Of a stretch of 64,000 bases of DNA, positions 13,040 through 22,509 are shown piece by piece; the first letter of the stretch is position 1, and every line of letters starts with the position of its first letter. The stretch covers positions 1 through 64,000 of the IMG/VR virus record IMGVR_UViG_3300034072_000926; one strand, given 5' to 3'. The notes beneath the pieces were generated by a model. It had not been told where the DNA came from. It saw nothing but the letters and a program-made list of their open reading frames with translations, and ran no database searches. The position numbers and the translations under genes were made by a program.

Positions 13040-13939
13040 TTAGGCGTTTTCTCGGCGACGAGCAGCCCTGATGCGCTTGGTCTGACTCGAGCGCGCATTG
13101 GCGTTCTGCTTCGACCTGATCGCCTGTTCGTTTTCCAGCAGTTCCTTGAACAGCTTGTCATCAGCGAGAACCAGATCACGAACCTTGTCGTTTCCTGACC
13201 GGACCAACTGGCTCAGCTTGACCTTATAGAAACGCCCATCAGTGCCCTGAACCTGAAAGCCGAAGAGTCGAGTCCGATTGGGATTGCGCCCCACGATCGT
13301 ATAGGGTCGATTACCGATCACGACCTTCTGACCATCGAGGATAGTGCCGCCCATTGCCTTCATGCGATCCTCGAAATCATCGGGAATGATGAAAGACTTG
13401 CGGAACCACGAATTCGGCTCGATCCGATGATTGATAAACTCCTTCCGCATCTTACAGTAAATTGCACGGAAGAAGGCACCGTGGCCGCTTTCATATTCGC
13501 CCAGCCCTTTGATGGTCAGCTTCTTTGCATTTACATCCGAATCTGGATGGATGAAACCAACACGGGCAATCTCGAACTGAACAATATGCGAGAGTTCATG
13601 AGCGATGACAGCCGATACGAACAGCTTCCAGTCAGTGGTCGCAAAGCTACCGATTATGGAATTGTGACAGTAACTGGCATATTCCTTAAATCCCTGCAAT
13701 TCGTGCCGGGTGAGGTTATATGTCGATACTTTGATTCGGAAAGTGCGCTTGCGAGTTTCACTGGCCTGACCCCAAGGGGCCGTCTTCGTATCCACGAACG
13801 TCAAATCGGGATTCATCTTGGGCAGCTTGAAAGCTTCACGGGCAAAAATCAGCTGCTCAGCAAGGACGCTGCGAGCATAAGTCTGAATTTCGGCCTGCGT
13901 GGGAAGTGTCAAGTTCGATCTCCTGTTTCTGTCTACCAC
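13040..13939 (-). CDS. SprT-like HExxH metalloprotein
   Basis: VIAHELSHIV...HGAFF motif. Confidence 0.65.
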   Translation of the reverse strand: MVDRNRRSNLTLPTQAEIQTYARSVLAEQLIFAREAFKLPKMNPDLTFVDTKTAPWGQASETRKRTFRIKVSTYNLTRHELQGFKEYASYCHNSIIGSFATTDWKLFVSAVIAHELSHIVQFEIARVGFIHPDSDVNAKKLTIKGLGEYESGHGAFFRAIYCKMRKEFINHRIEPNSWFRKSFIIPDDFEDRMKAMGGTILDGQKVVIGNRPYTIVGRNPNRTRLFGFQVQGTDGRFYKVKLSQLVRSGNDKVRDLVLADDKLFKELLENEQAIRSKQNANARSSQTKRIRAARRRENA

Positions 13940-13977
13940 TCCAAAGTAACAGAAACAGGGTAGGAGTCAACCGCTTT

Positions 13978-14595
13978 TTAGAACTTTCTGGTCGCGATAT
14001 AATCCTTGACGGCTTGCTGTTCTGCTACCATCTTATTACGATAGATATCAATCTTGTCAGATAGATCGCGATGAACTTTATAGATTGCATCGCGAAATTC
14101 TGAACTAGCGACCTTGCAGTCAGTCATGTCGTGGACGCTTGGATCGATTCGACCCATGTGTCCAATGAAATCATCGGCACGACTAACCTGATATCGAACC
14201 GAATTAGCCAAAGCGTAGATTGTTGCGTATTCTGCTTTTGCTTTCTTGTAAGCCTCAACATGCACGGTAATAGCCTCGGGGTCAAGATCCCTCCATGCTC
14301 CGACATATTTGGTCGTGGCCGTTCCGATATGGTCGTAGTTGAGCTTCAGCCATACAGCATCACGACCCTCAGGAATAGCAATGATATGTCCGTAGAACTC
14401 TTCCTGCAGATCCACCCCTTCTAGGGCTTTCTGAAAGGCATATTCACTATGTGGGACGATCGTATATCGACCACCGATACTCTTCTTCAGAAGATTCAGG
14501 TTGAAGTCACCACGTTTCGTGTTCTGCTTGTAACGATTGCGGTTGCCCCACTTGTCCGTGGAGTGGCGCGCTGCTTTATAGAGAAAAATGTGCAT
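13978..14595 (-). CDS. hypothetical protein (internal AVWLKL motif)
   Basis: ORF; track start TTG is part of a TTGACA box, ATG at 14595 more likely. Confidence 0.65.
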   Translation of the reverse strand: MHIFLYKAARHSTDKWGNRNRYKQNTKRGDFNLNLLKKSIGGRYTIVPHSEYAFQKALEGVDLQEEFYGHIIAIPEGRDAVWLKLNYDHIGTATTKYVGAWRDLDPEAITVHVEAYKKAKAEYATIYALANSVRYQVSRADDFIGHMGRIDPSVHDMTDCKVASSEFRDAIYKVHRDLSDKIDIYRNKMVAEQQAVKDYIATRKF

Positions 14596-14662
14596 AACCT
14601 GTTGTAGCGAAATAGAGTATGGTTTTGTCAATAAATAGAGTAAAGATTTCCAGGAGGACTTT

Positions 14663-15448
14663 ATGACTGATGCTTCTAATATGCGCAGTTACCTCAAGCT
14701 ATTTGAGGCAGCAGCACCAGACTACGTGGGGCCTAAGGCCTCTGATACTATCAGCTATTCGGCCGAACAGAGCAAGGGCAAGATTAGCAAAATCACCGCT
14801 TTTCTCAAGTCCTTCGATTCCGGACGCTATACCAAACTAGGTCGCAATCTGCTTCGTATCACCGCCCTCGAAACTGAACTCAAGGAGCTCAAAGATTCGA
14901 CTAAGCAAGAAGCACGTGAGCTAGTCGCTGACCTCTTTCATGCCGAAGATGCTGCCTGCACCCGTGTAGTCGACACCGTCGGCTTTGTATTCCACATGAG
15001 CAAGGATCCGGAAGCTGTTGGTTCGGTTTCGTATTCGAAGGTTCTCAAGGAACTGGAAGATCACTTGACCCCAGAGCTCCTGAATGTCCTCGAGATGCTG
15101 AAGGCCAAGCATACTAGCGCACCTGTTCAGAAGGCAGCAAGCCTCAAGGCTACTGACAAGAACGCACCAGTAGAGCCAAAGACTGAAGAGTCCATCCAAG
15201 AGGGTGTATTGGCCGAAGGTATGTTTGACAAGCTCAAGAGCTTCTTCGGCAAGCTATACCAGGATATCAAGGCATGGGGCGTGAGCTATGACAGCAAGCT
15301 AGATATGCTGAAGGCCGAGATTGGTATGAATGAGTCCGTGCTAGAGAGCGACTGTGAACACGATTGGGTGGAGGGCGTAGATGACGATGGTCACCTAGCC
15401 GAACCACCCTATGATGTCTGCATCAACTGCGGTGCAGTTCAGCATTAA
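14663..15448 (+). CDS. late hypothetical protein, probable virion component
   Basis: ATAAATA upstream, AGGAGG RBS, MRSYLKLFE motif near N-terminus. Confidence 0.7.
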   Translation: MTDASNMRSYLKLFEAAAPDYVGPKASDTISYSAEQSKGKISKITAFLKSFDSGRYTKLGRNLLRITALETELKELKDSTKQEARELVADLFHAEDAACTRVVDTVGFVFHMSKDPEAVGSVSYSKVLKELEDHLTPELLNVLEMLKAKHTSAPVQKAASLKATDKNAPVEPKTEESIQEGVLAEGMFDKLKSFFGKLYQDIKAWGVSYDSKLDMLKAEIGMNESVLESDCEHDWVEGVDDDGHLAEPPYDVCINCGAVQH

Positions 15449-15840
15449 GCGTAAGGGATACGCCGCAGGGCTGGATTGTCAGGAGCAGCCAGTTTCCTGA
15501 ACATCTCATACTTCTTGAATGCTTCATCACGATCACCCTTGAGGACGGCAAGTCGTTCCTCAAGGGTTTTCTTTCGCTTCTTTCGGAGGAAGGACCAGAA
15601 CTCTCGGTCCAATTTCTTCAACTCAATAGCGACCTTCATGAACTCAATATCAGAGGTCAAGAAAGCCTTAAGGAGCAAGCGAAAGTGATCGTTGTCCCTG
15701 ACGACTTCGAAGAAAGGTTTGTCGAGGACATTGTCCTTTATGACCTGACTCATTGGACAACTCCTCTCTACCATGTTGATGGCAGAGAGGAGGCTGTAGC
15801 TGTCCAACGTGAAGAAATCGTCGTCGAACCAGGGTGCCAT
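15445..15840 (-). CDS. hypothetical protein
   Basis: 131 aa ORF overlapping upstream stop (TAATG). Confidence 0.7.
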   Translation of the reverse strand: MAPWFDDDFFTLDSYSLLSAINMVERSCPMSQVIKDNVLDKPFFEVVRDNDHFRLLLKAFLTSDIEFMKVAIELKKLDREFWSFLRKKRKKTLEERLAVLKGDRDEAFKKYEMFRKLAAPDNPALRRIPYA

Positions 15841-17390
15841 TAGTTCGCCCGGATCCGAACCATCCAGATATCGACCTTGGTTTCGGTCTGTTCCAGATCC
15901 AGTCCGCCTTCGTTCTGAACCTTGACCAAACGCTTGCGGGCATAAATGCCGTAGCCGTCCTTGGTCGAATCCTCGCGACTGACCACGAACACGCCCGGTC
16001 CGTTCATCGTCATCGAGCCCTCGACAGTGATGTTGTGGCCACCGACCATCTTCATGCCATCCGGCGTGAGAGTGTCACCGGGCAACAGAGCACGGCCACC
16101 CAGTTCACTGTTATAGGGATAGTCCTTGACCGCGATCTCATCGCGCTTCAGACCATTCTTCTCGAGCAGTTCACGAACCTCTTCCGGCAGATCGTCAAAC
16201 GCCGTCGGATCCTCGTCCTGAACCAAGTCAGCACCACGGAAAATGCCGCGATCACGTTCGCCACGTGCCTTAACATCGGCTTCCTTGCGGGCCTGTGCGC
16301 GGCGGTTCTTCGCCGCTTCGGCCTGTTCCGCCTGATGTTCAGCACGAGCAGCTTCAGCGTGATCCGACAAAGTGGGACGGCTCATGCCCTCGCCACGACG
16401 CTGGCGGTCTTCGCCCTCAACATGCACGACCGAGTCGGCCGAACCATCGCCGCGCAGGACAGCCGCAAAGTCATCGGGCGAGAACGAACCACGACCCTTC
16501 TTCTTTTCGGCCACATTGGCATTATGTGCTGCCTCACGAGCAGCCTTCTCGACTTCGTCGATTTCGCCGCCGCGCTTGTGAGCAGTGATGCTGTCGATGT
16601 CGAAGGAGCCGTCCTCGTTGCGCGAACCATTGATGTCATCGACGAAAATGTCACCGCTGCCCTTGGCCTTCTGCGGAACTGCATCGTCATCGTAGACGCC
16701 CTTGATATCGGGAACGCCGGCCTGGCTCAGCGCATCCTTGAGCTGATCATTGTCCATAGCGTCGTAGTCAGTCGTATCATCAGCGTCCTGAAAGCTCTTG
16801 AGAGCATCAATAGCCTGAGTGCGACCGTAAGCGCCGGGAACATTGTTGGCGCCCGGACGGGCTTCGCGCTGTTTGTCAGCACCGCCGAAGGAGTCGCCCG
16901 AGAGCTCGCCGCTCTCACGCATCTTCTTCATCTGTTCCTTGATCTTGGCGTCTTCTTCCTTTTCCTCGTCGGTGCGACGATCCCAAGGATCCAAAACGTC
17001 GAGACCGGCGCGCTCTTCGATGGTCTTGTTCCGGTCCTCTTCGGACTCAGTAGCAACACGACGTTCTTCCTTTGCGTCGTGGAGCATGTCCAGCTGTCGG
17101 TCACGCAGGCCGGCCGACTGACGTTCCTGGATCGACCATTCGGTCCAGAACGCTTCACGCTGTTCTTCGTCAGTGTGGTAGACGGCAAGGACGGAATGCT
17201 TGAAGCCCTTGTAGAATGGGTTCTGCATATGGTCGAGCATACTGGAAGCGTAGGTCTCTTCCCAATTGCGACCTTCGGTCTGACCCTTGACGGCATCGAC
17301 CCATCCCACAAATTCCACGACCGTATCGGCGGCACCCACGATAGTGGCCACTCGATTACCGTCGAGTATTTCCTTTGATCCGTAAAGCAT
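15840..17390 (-). CDS. acidic, highly charged hypothetical protein
   Basis: AGGAG RBS at 17390; strong phage-like codon bias. Confidence 0.8.
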   Translation of the reverse strand: MLYGSKEILDGNRVATIVGAADTVVEFVGWVDAVKGQTEGRNWEETYASSMLDHMQNPFYKGFKHSVLAVYHTDEEQREAFWTEWSIQERQSAGLRDRQLDMLHDAKEERRVATESEEDRNKTIEERAGLDVLDPWDRRTDEEKEEDAKIKEQMKKMRESGELSGDSFGGADKQREARPGANNVPGAYGRTQAIDALKSFQDADDTTDYDAMDNDQLKDALSQAGVPDIKGVYDDDAVPQKAKGSGDIFVDDINGSRNEDGSFDIDSITAHKRGGEIDEVEKAAREAAHNANVAEKKKGRGSFSPDDFAAVLRGDGSADSVVHVEGEDRQRRGEGMSRPTLSDHAEAARAEHQAEQAEAAKNRRAQARKEADVKARGERDRGIFRGADLVQDEDPTAFDDLPEEVRELLEKNGLKRDEIAVKDYPYNSELGGRALLPGDTLTPDGMKMVGGHNITVEGSMTMNGPGVFVVSREDSTKDGYGIYARKRLVKVQNEGGLDLEQTETKVDIWMVRIRAN

Positions 17391-17460
17391 GAACGCTCCT
17401 GCTAGTGATATAGTGCTCTCTTGTAGCACGACACACCAGGGCGTCAATACCTTTGTGACT

Positions 17461-17919
17461 TTAGGTCAGATTTTCGAATGTGAGCTGGTAGCCGTTCTTG
17501 CTGTTCTGCAAGTTCTTGACGTTGAGATAGTAGGTGCGATTGCTGAACAAGAAGTTCCTGTCGTCCTCACTATCACGCTTGAGGAAAATATCAAAGATTT
17601 CAACTTCAGTAGTGCGTCGAATAGGACGGAAACGACCGAAGCCCTCTTCAAGCATGATATCATCGAGGGGCTTTGCAGAGATCCACATCAACATCGAGAA
17701 GTCTTGTGTGTTAGGCAAGATATGCGCGCAGGAGATCTTTATACCATTCAACATAGGAAGCGTGAATGGGAAGATGTGAGTATGGCCCGGAAGAATGGGA
17801 TATTGACCCCAAGCATCACGGGCTTCTGGTTCTATGATTGTGTTGATCAGAGTGTCCATAATTGGCACCCCCGGAACGATTCGAACGCTCTCTTTAGGCT
17901 TAGAAGACCCAAGTCCCAT
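17461..17919 (-). CDS. hypothetical protein
   Basis: 152 aa ORF. Confidence 0.65.
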   Translation of the reverse strand: MGLGSSKPKESVRIVPGVPIMDTLINTIIEPEARDAWGQYPILPGHTHIFPFTLPMLNGIKISCAHILPNTQDFSMLMWISAKPLDDIMLEEGFGRFRPIRRTTEVEIFDIFLKRDSEDDRNFLFSNRTYYLNVKNLQNSKNGYQLTFENLT

Positions 17920-18030
17920 CCACAGGCGGGGGCATGTCGCTTATTTAGCGAGTGTTCCTAGGTCTGGATCTCTTCTTGGTCATATGGCAATGTTAGCAAA
18001 GTGCGACAACAGAGTCAAATAAATACTGAC

Positions 18031-18300
18031 ATGCGTTTATGGGAACTCCTTGCACCACGTGCATCAAAGATAAATGAGGATGGCAAAATCATCCCTAACG
18101 TCAACACGACTGTTGATGTTCAGCCCGGAGAGACCGAACGCCAAGCTGCAAAGTTTGGGAATAAGCTAGATAGCAAAGGTCGTCCACCGTTGCTCTCGGG
18201 AAGCTACGGGGACGACTCAGCGAGGTTCTCAGCGAACCAGGGTGATCCATTCTATGGATCAGATGGCACTCGTTTGCCTAAGAACAAGAAGTGGTCTTAG
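18031..18300 (+). CDS. late hypothetical protein MRLWELL...
   Basis: ATAAATA 5 nt upstream of ATG; VNTTVDV..E..RQAAKFGNK motif recalled from T4-like phages. Confidence 0.7.
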   Translation: MRLWELLAPRASKINEDGKIIPNVNTTVDVQPGETERQAAKFGNKLDSKGRPPLLSGSYGDDSARFSANQGDPFYGSDGTRLPKNKKWS

Positions 18301-18782
18301 GTTCGAACGTAGGTGATCTTCGTGAAGCCCTCATCCAAAGTGGGCGCTTGGTAACGCTTCTGCATTGACATTAAGGCTACATAGGGAACGCTCTTCCCGG
18401 TCGCCTCTTTACGAGCTTGCATCCGACGCTTCAGTTCAGCATCGTCCACCACAAAAACCACGGCCTCTACCTCGGTTCCCTCAGGGAGGTCCTTGAAATA
18501 GTCCTTGCGGTTCTTCGCAGACATCGAAGTGCGGTCGATGATGACATTCTTTCCATCACTCAAAGCATTGCGATAAGCGTACTTGAATGTCTTATTGAAC
18601 TGTCCCCACGGAGCCTTCGAATGCGCTTCGTCATATGTCAAGCCGCGCTCAGCTGCCCACTCGTCCACGAGATCGTCAGTTGAAGCAACCACCCATTCTT
18701 CGGTCGTGCTGGCCAAGAACTTCGCGCGCCATGTGGACTTACCGCTCGCCGGGGGACCGATTAGGATGATTAGCTTTGCCAT
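18297..18782 (-). CDS. AAA_33 / polynucleotide kinase-like P-loop protein
   Basis: IGPPASGKSTW Walker A; VIIDRT...RK..; EAVVF. Confidence 0.85.
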   Translation of the reverse strand: MAKLIILIGPPASGKSTWRAKFLASTTEEWVVASTDDLVDEWAAERGLTYDEAHSKAPWGQFNKTFKYAYRNALSDGKNVIIDRTSMSAKNRKDYFKDLPEGTEVEAVVFVVDDAELKRRMQARKEATGKSVPYVALMSMQKRYQAPTLDEGFTKITYVRT

Positions 18783-18813
18783 ACTCTTTATATAAGGAAT
18801 CTCTAACCTAACG

Positions 18814-19722
18814 TCAACCTCTGACTGGTAGATTTTTCAAACCATTGTCAAGGTCGGTGAGATATTTTACACCGAAATGAGGATTCGCGACATCCAGTGC
18901 ATCAATGAGATGCTGGGGCAAATCGTTCTCGATATCAGGACAACAGCTGGCTACCGCAACCGCAACAGCAGCCGCGCTATCAGTGTCTCCACCGCGCTGT
19001 GTTGCGTCCTTGATGATGTCAGTGAGCTTATCGAAGGTTGTGACCGCGTAGGCCATGTAAGCCGAAATGCTACTGGCCTTGATGCTCGTGCCGAGACCCT
19101 TAGCATTCTGGATAACTTGTTGTTCCCAGCGGAACTCGTCATCCTTGCCATCTTCCCAGTCAGCGACCATCATAAGCCAGCTGACCAGTTCCTTCCGATC
19201 CTTGCCCATATGAATGAAGTAGTGAGCCGATAGTGCGACCAACTGGGCATGGATTGCTGAAACTGGATGATGGGTTGTGATAGCCTGAATGGTCGCCGCC
19301 AGCTTGAGCAACTTAATATCCTGGATATAGCCAAGAGGCGCAACACCCATGACGCTACCATTGCTCGATTTGATTCGACTCACGTTCTTCACAAAGTCGA
19401 TATTCTTGGTGGTTGCTTTGAGGAAAGCTTGATAGCCTCGGCTATATCCTTCTCTCGGATCCTGCCAATATGCGTCGAGGTATTTCCCCGCATAAACCAT
19501 AGGATTGATGAGATCTTCGAGGTGATCGATCTTGTAGCTGTAGATGACCGCTAGAGCATTGCCGATTGCCCGTTGGGTATCATCGGTATATTGACCGGGC
19601 TTGAGTTCCAGATAGGTCGGATGCTGCACGAATGTGCTCAGATCAATCGGAGCAGGTTGATCCTTTTTCGCAAACTCCCATCCGATCGCATACGCATCAG
19701 CCACAGCCATTTCGAGCAGCAT
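18814..19722 (-). CDS. ADP-ribosylglycohydrolase
   Basis: AVADAYA...YTDDT...SNGSVM..AP...TH...GGDTDS motifs. Confidence 0.88.
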   Translation of the reverse strand: MLLEMAVADAYAIGWEFAKKDQPAPIDLSTFVQHPTYLELKPGQYTDDTQRAIGNALAVIYSYKIDHLEDLINPMVYAGKYLDAYWQDPREGYSRGYQAFLKATTKNIDFVKNVSRIKSSNGSVMGVAPLGYIQDIKLLKLAATIQAITTHHPVSAIHAQLVALSAHYFIHMGKDRKELVSWLMMVADWEDGKDDEFRWEQQVIQNAKGLGTSIKASSISAYMAYAVTTFDKLTDIIKDATQRGGDTDSAAAVAVAVASCCPDIENDLPQHLIDALDVANPHFGVKYLTDLDNGLKNLPVRG

Positions 19723-19815
19723 AGTGAACTCCTTATAGATGCCTGACCTATAAGGACAACTGGGCGTCCTGTCAAGGGAATAGCGGAGCCGGCCCAACCC
19801 AACTCCGCTATTCTT

Positions 19816-20157
19816 TTAGGCTGCGACCTTCTCGTCAGCCTGTGAAACGATGCTTGTGGATGCGAAGATTTCATTCCACTTGGTCACGTCTGCGACCTTA
19901 TCGGGATGATTCTCGACGCGTTCGCCCGTGAGCTTTACGCTCTTCACACGGCGCATGTCAAAGCGTCGCAATCCCGGTTCTCCGCCAGTTACCTGATATC
20001 CGTAGAGAGATTCCTTGCCGTTCTTGGAACCATAGATCCATGGCTCAACAACTCGGTCAGAGGGAGTCTCGTCCTGGCTGTTCTCGCTATGATAGCGGAA
20101 GCTGACCTGAAGACGATTCTCGATGGCGTCTACTAGCGTGGGATGCTGAGGTGACAT
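19816..20157 (-). CDS. WYL-domain protein
   Basis: DRVVEPW.YG...LYGYQ.....RRFDMRRVKSVKL. Confidence 0.8.
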   Translation of the reverse strand: MSPQHPTLVDAIENRLQVSFRYHSENSQDETPSDRVVEPWIYGSKNGKESLYGYQVTGGEPGLRRFDMRRVKSVKLTGERVENHPDKVADVTKWNEIFASTSIVSQADEKVAA

Positions 20158-20226
20158 GCAGTTCTCCAAATGTTTGTGCTGCAGGGCTAATCAAGCATAG
20201 CTGCTCTGCCCTTGCAAGCGATTATT

Positions 20227-20652
20227 TTATTTCACAGGGTTAGGCTTGTATTTGGGATCCTCCCAACGCTTTACACATTTAGGAGTTGGATTGACACCCC
20301 TGTGATAGGTCTGCCATTTAACAGGCTTTCCAGAGCGGGTCCTATTATGGTAGACGTTCTCGTCATATTGAAGAGACAACTTGATCATGAGATATTGTTG
20401 CTTCGTCAGCCCGTAAGCCGCAAACGCATTGAGGAAACGATAAGGCAGACCTTCCTTATCGAAACAGAAAGGCATATTCCTAAATTCGTTGAGAACCCTT
20501 GGGTATTTGCCACGAATGTAATTCACCAGTTCCTTGTTGCGAGCTCGGACAGCCTTACAATAATCAGTCCAACCAGAGTCTGGTTGGTAGGTAAAGAGGT
20601 CATACAGTCCATCCTTGCGATGGATGACATTGAGCTTGATCTGCTCGCTCAT
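20227..20652 (-). CDS. hypothetical protein (YLMIKL motif)
   Basis: 141 aa ORF, coupled to upstream gene. Confidence 0.7.
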   Translation of the reverse strand: MSEQIKLNVIHRKDGLYDLFTYQPDSGWTDYCKAVRARNKELVNYIRGKYPRVLNEFRNMPFCFDKEGLPYRFLNAFAAYGLTKQQYLMIKLSLQYDENVYHNRTRSGKPVKWQTYHRGVNPTPKCVKRWEDPKYKPNPVK

Positions 20653-21128
20653 GCCTCTTTCACCTTTTTAGGGGCAACTTTGTCGGCCATTCGCTTCTTC
20701 AAGGTTTCGCTTGGTTCAAGAGGTTCAGTCTGGTCTAATGCCCAAACATCGCCTGCATATGATGCTTTACCACCAAGCTCTGCTTTCTTGGTTGTGAAAA
20801 CCCAGGCAAGCTTGATTCGCATCATGTCATTGCGAGAGACATTATAGGCAACGAAGCACTTATCATCGTTGATTGTCTTGTAACGAACGCTCCAACTACG
20901 ATAACGATAGTCTCGCACCCGCTTCTTCGACATATAACGGAACTCAGTAGGAACTTCCTTGAGATTCATCCGAATCCAATTGCAGAACTTCCTAGTGTTA
21001 TTGGTCTTCGCTCGTTCTGTCAGGTTATGAGCAGAGTTCCATGAACCAACTTGGTCATGATGCACCATGATAGTTGAGGTGCCATCTTCGTTCTCTAAGA
21101 TGTAGAGCGGGAAGTCTAGGGTATTCAC
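20649..21128 (-). CDS. hypothetical protein (DMMRIKLAW motif)
   Basis: 159 aa ORF, overlapping stop/start. Confidence 0.7.
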   Translation of the reverse strand: MNTLDFPLYILENEDGTSTIMVHHDQVGSWNSAHNLTERAKTNNTRKFCNWIRMNLKEVPTEFRYMSKKRVRDYRYRSWSVRYKTINDDKCFVAYNVSRNDMMRIKLAWVFTTKKAELGGKASYAGDVWALDQTEPLEPSETLKKRMADKVAPKKVKEA

Positions 21129-21589
21129 TTACGGAACTCCGCAGTAACATCCTTGATCGCTTCAGGGACAAGATGAACCGTAAAGCCAGAAAAGACCCTC
21201 CAGTATTCACCATCTGCCCAAGTGCCGACCAGGTTGTAGAGCAGTTCCATGTAGAAATAATCGTCATCGTCCTCGTCAATCTCTTCATCGACGTTTCGGA
21301 TCCAGTCCTGTGGGACGAAGTTGCCTGCGGCCTTCCATTCGGCAATCTTGTTGTCGAGGTATTCAGTATGGTCGACGGAACGACGGTTCCGTCCAAAGCG
21401 ACTGAAGATGTCAGTGTTACCGAGAGTCGCTTGACCATTGTTGCTTCCACTCTTGAAGCACTCGGCAATCATGATATAAAAGCGGACTTCGTCGGCCGTT
21501 AGACCTTGAAGTTCTTCAGTCTTATAGTTGTCAGCGTCGTTTTCCCAAGTATCAATCTTGAGGAGGTAGCCAGGAACGATATTCGACAT
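21125..21589 (-). CDS. hypothetical protein
   Basis: 154 aa ORF with upstream promoter. Confidence 0.75.
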   Translation of the reverse strand: MSNIVPGYLLKIDTWENDADNYKTEELQGLTADEVRFYIMIAECFKSGSNNGQATLGNTDIFSRFGRNRRSVDHTEYLDNKIAEWKAAGNFVPQDWIRNVDEEIDEDDDDYFYMELLYNLVGTWADGEYWRVFSGFTVHLVPEAIKDVTAEFRK

Positions 21590-21665
21590 TACAGATCCCC
21601 GTTATGGTTCGATCTGCAAGACTCCTGCCCTACCTGACCAACTTAAAAGGGGAGCATCTAATCTG

Positions 21666-21941
21666 TCAAATTAATCTTGGTTTGGGCTTGGTGCGCTTCA
21701 TGTAATCTTGTGGCTTGATTACAGATGGCGAATTCAGAGATGTCAGGATAGTCTGACATTCATTGAGGGTTTGCTTATAGGAAGCGATAAGGACATTGTC
21801 CATTTTGCCACGAACAGAGAAGCCCATGTTCCATCCAAAGATAAGGGCTAACACGACCCACCAACGACTTACTCCCTTGCGAGCTTGTCCAGGGTTAGTG
21901 CGCCGATGACGTTCTTTGATAGTTTCGTGGTTGTCGAGCAT
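21666..21941 (-). CDS. membrane-anchored hypothetical protein
   Basis: Hydrophobic segment WWVVLALIFGW; start uncertain. Confidence 0.5.
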   Translation of the reverse strand: MLDNHETIKERHRRTNPGQARKGVSRWWVVLALIFGWNMGFSVRGKMDNVLIASYKQTLNECQTILTSLNSPSVIKPQDYMKRTKPKPRLI

Positions 21942-22177
21942 TCTTTGATTTCCACAGTGGCATCTCGATCTTTGACATGAAGCTTCACGACATCAACGTG
22001 AACTTTGCCAGTTTTGCCAATGCGGTTTACACGACCAACAGAAGCCGTCGGATACCCAGTCCATCGAACGAACAACAGGAAGTCCCCGATGTCAATTTCA
22101 TCACCATACTGGTCTTTGGGCCATCGTTTGCCCCTAGCCAGTTTGATACGTTCTGGAGTATCCGACGTCTCGGTCAT
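21869..22177 (-). CDS. hypothetical protein, paralogue of 22510/23259 C-terminal domain
   Basis: KDQYGDEIDIGDFLLFV...GRVNRI motif. Confidence 0.75.
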   Translation of the reverse strand: MTETSDTPERIKLARGKRWPKDQYGDEIDIGDFLLFVRWTGYPTASVGRVNRIGKTGKVHVDVVKLHVKDRDATVEIKECSTTTKLSKNVIGALTLDKLARE

Positions 22178-22458
22178 GCCTTGGCCTTTTTCAAGACCTT
22201 CTTCTCGTCGACTACGTAGATAACGGCACCTTTGTCTTTCTTGAAGCAGACCTGGCCGGCGACTGTATCGCCTTTCTTGTTCACTGCAAGGAAGCCACGA
22301 CCCTTGCCCATCTTACCGCAAGAGAAACCCTCACGGATAGTGACCTTGGTATAGCCGATGCTTTCGAGATGTTTCGAGAGGTCCTCACTACGGACCATCG
22401 GGGACTGCGCGCCACAAGCTGCGGTGGCCAACAGAGCGAGGATAGAAAGTTTACGCAT
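22174..22458 (-). CDS. putative lipoprotein
   Basis: MRKLSILALLATAAC lipobox. Confidence 0.75.
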   Translation of the reverse strand: MRKLSILALLATAACGAQSPMVRSEDLSKHLESIGYTKVTIREGFSCGKMGKGRGFLAVNKKGDTVAGQVCFKKDKGAVIYVVDEKKVLKKAKA

Positions 22459-22505
22459 GGGTTCTCCTTCCACTCTTAGATATGAGGAAGGAGAACCCTT
22501 GTCAA
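22459..22505 (-). promoter_or_regulatory. promoter with 13-bp inverted repeat pairing spacer with the RBS
   Basis: TTGACA-17-TATCTA; GGGTTCTCCTTCC-N14-GGAAGGAGAACCC-ATG. Confidence 0.8.
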
Positions 22506-22509
22506 TAGC

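Noticed and set aside
15834-17378. 514-aa plus-strand ORF
   Set aside because: Antisense shadow of the RBS-led 15840..17390 gene; no RBS, and composition is typical of reverse-frame codon bias.
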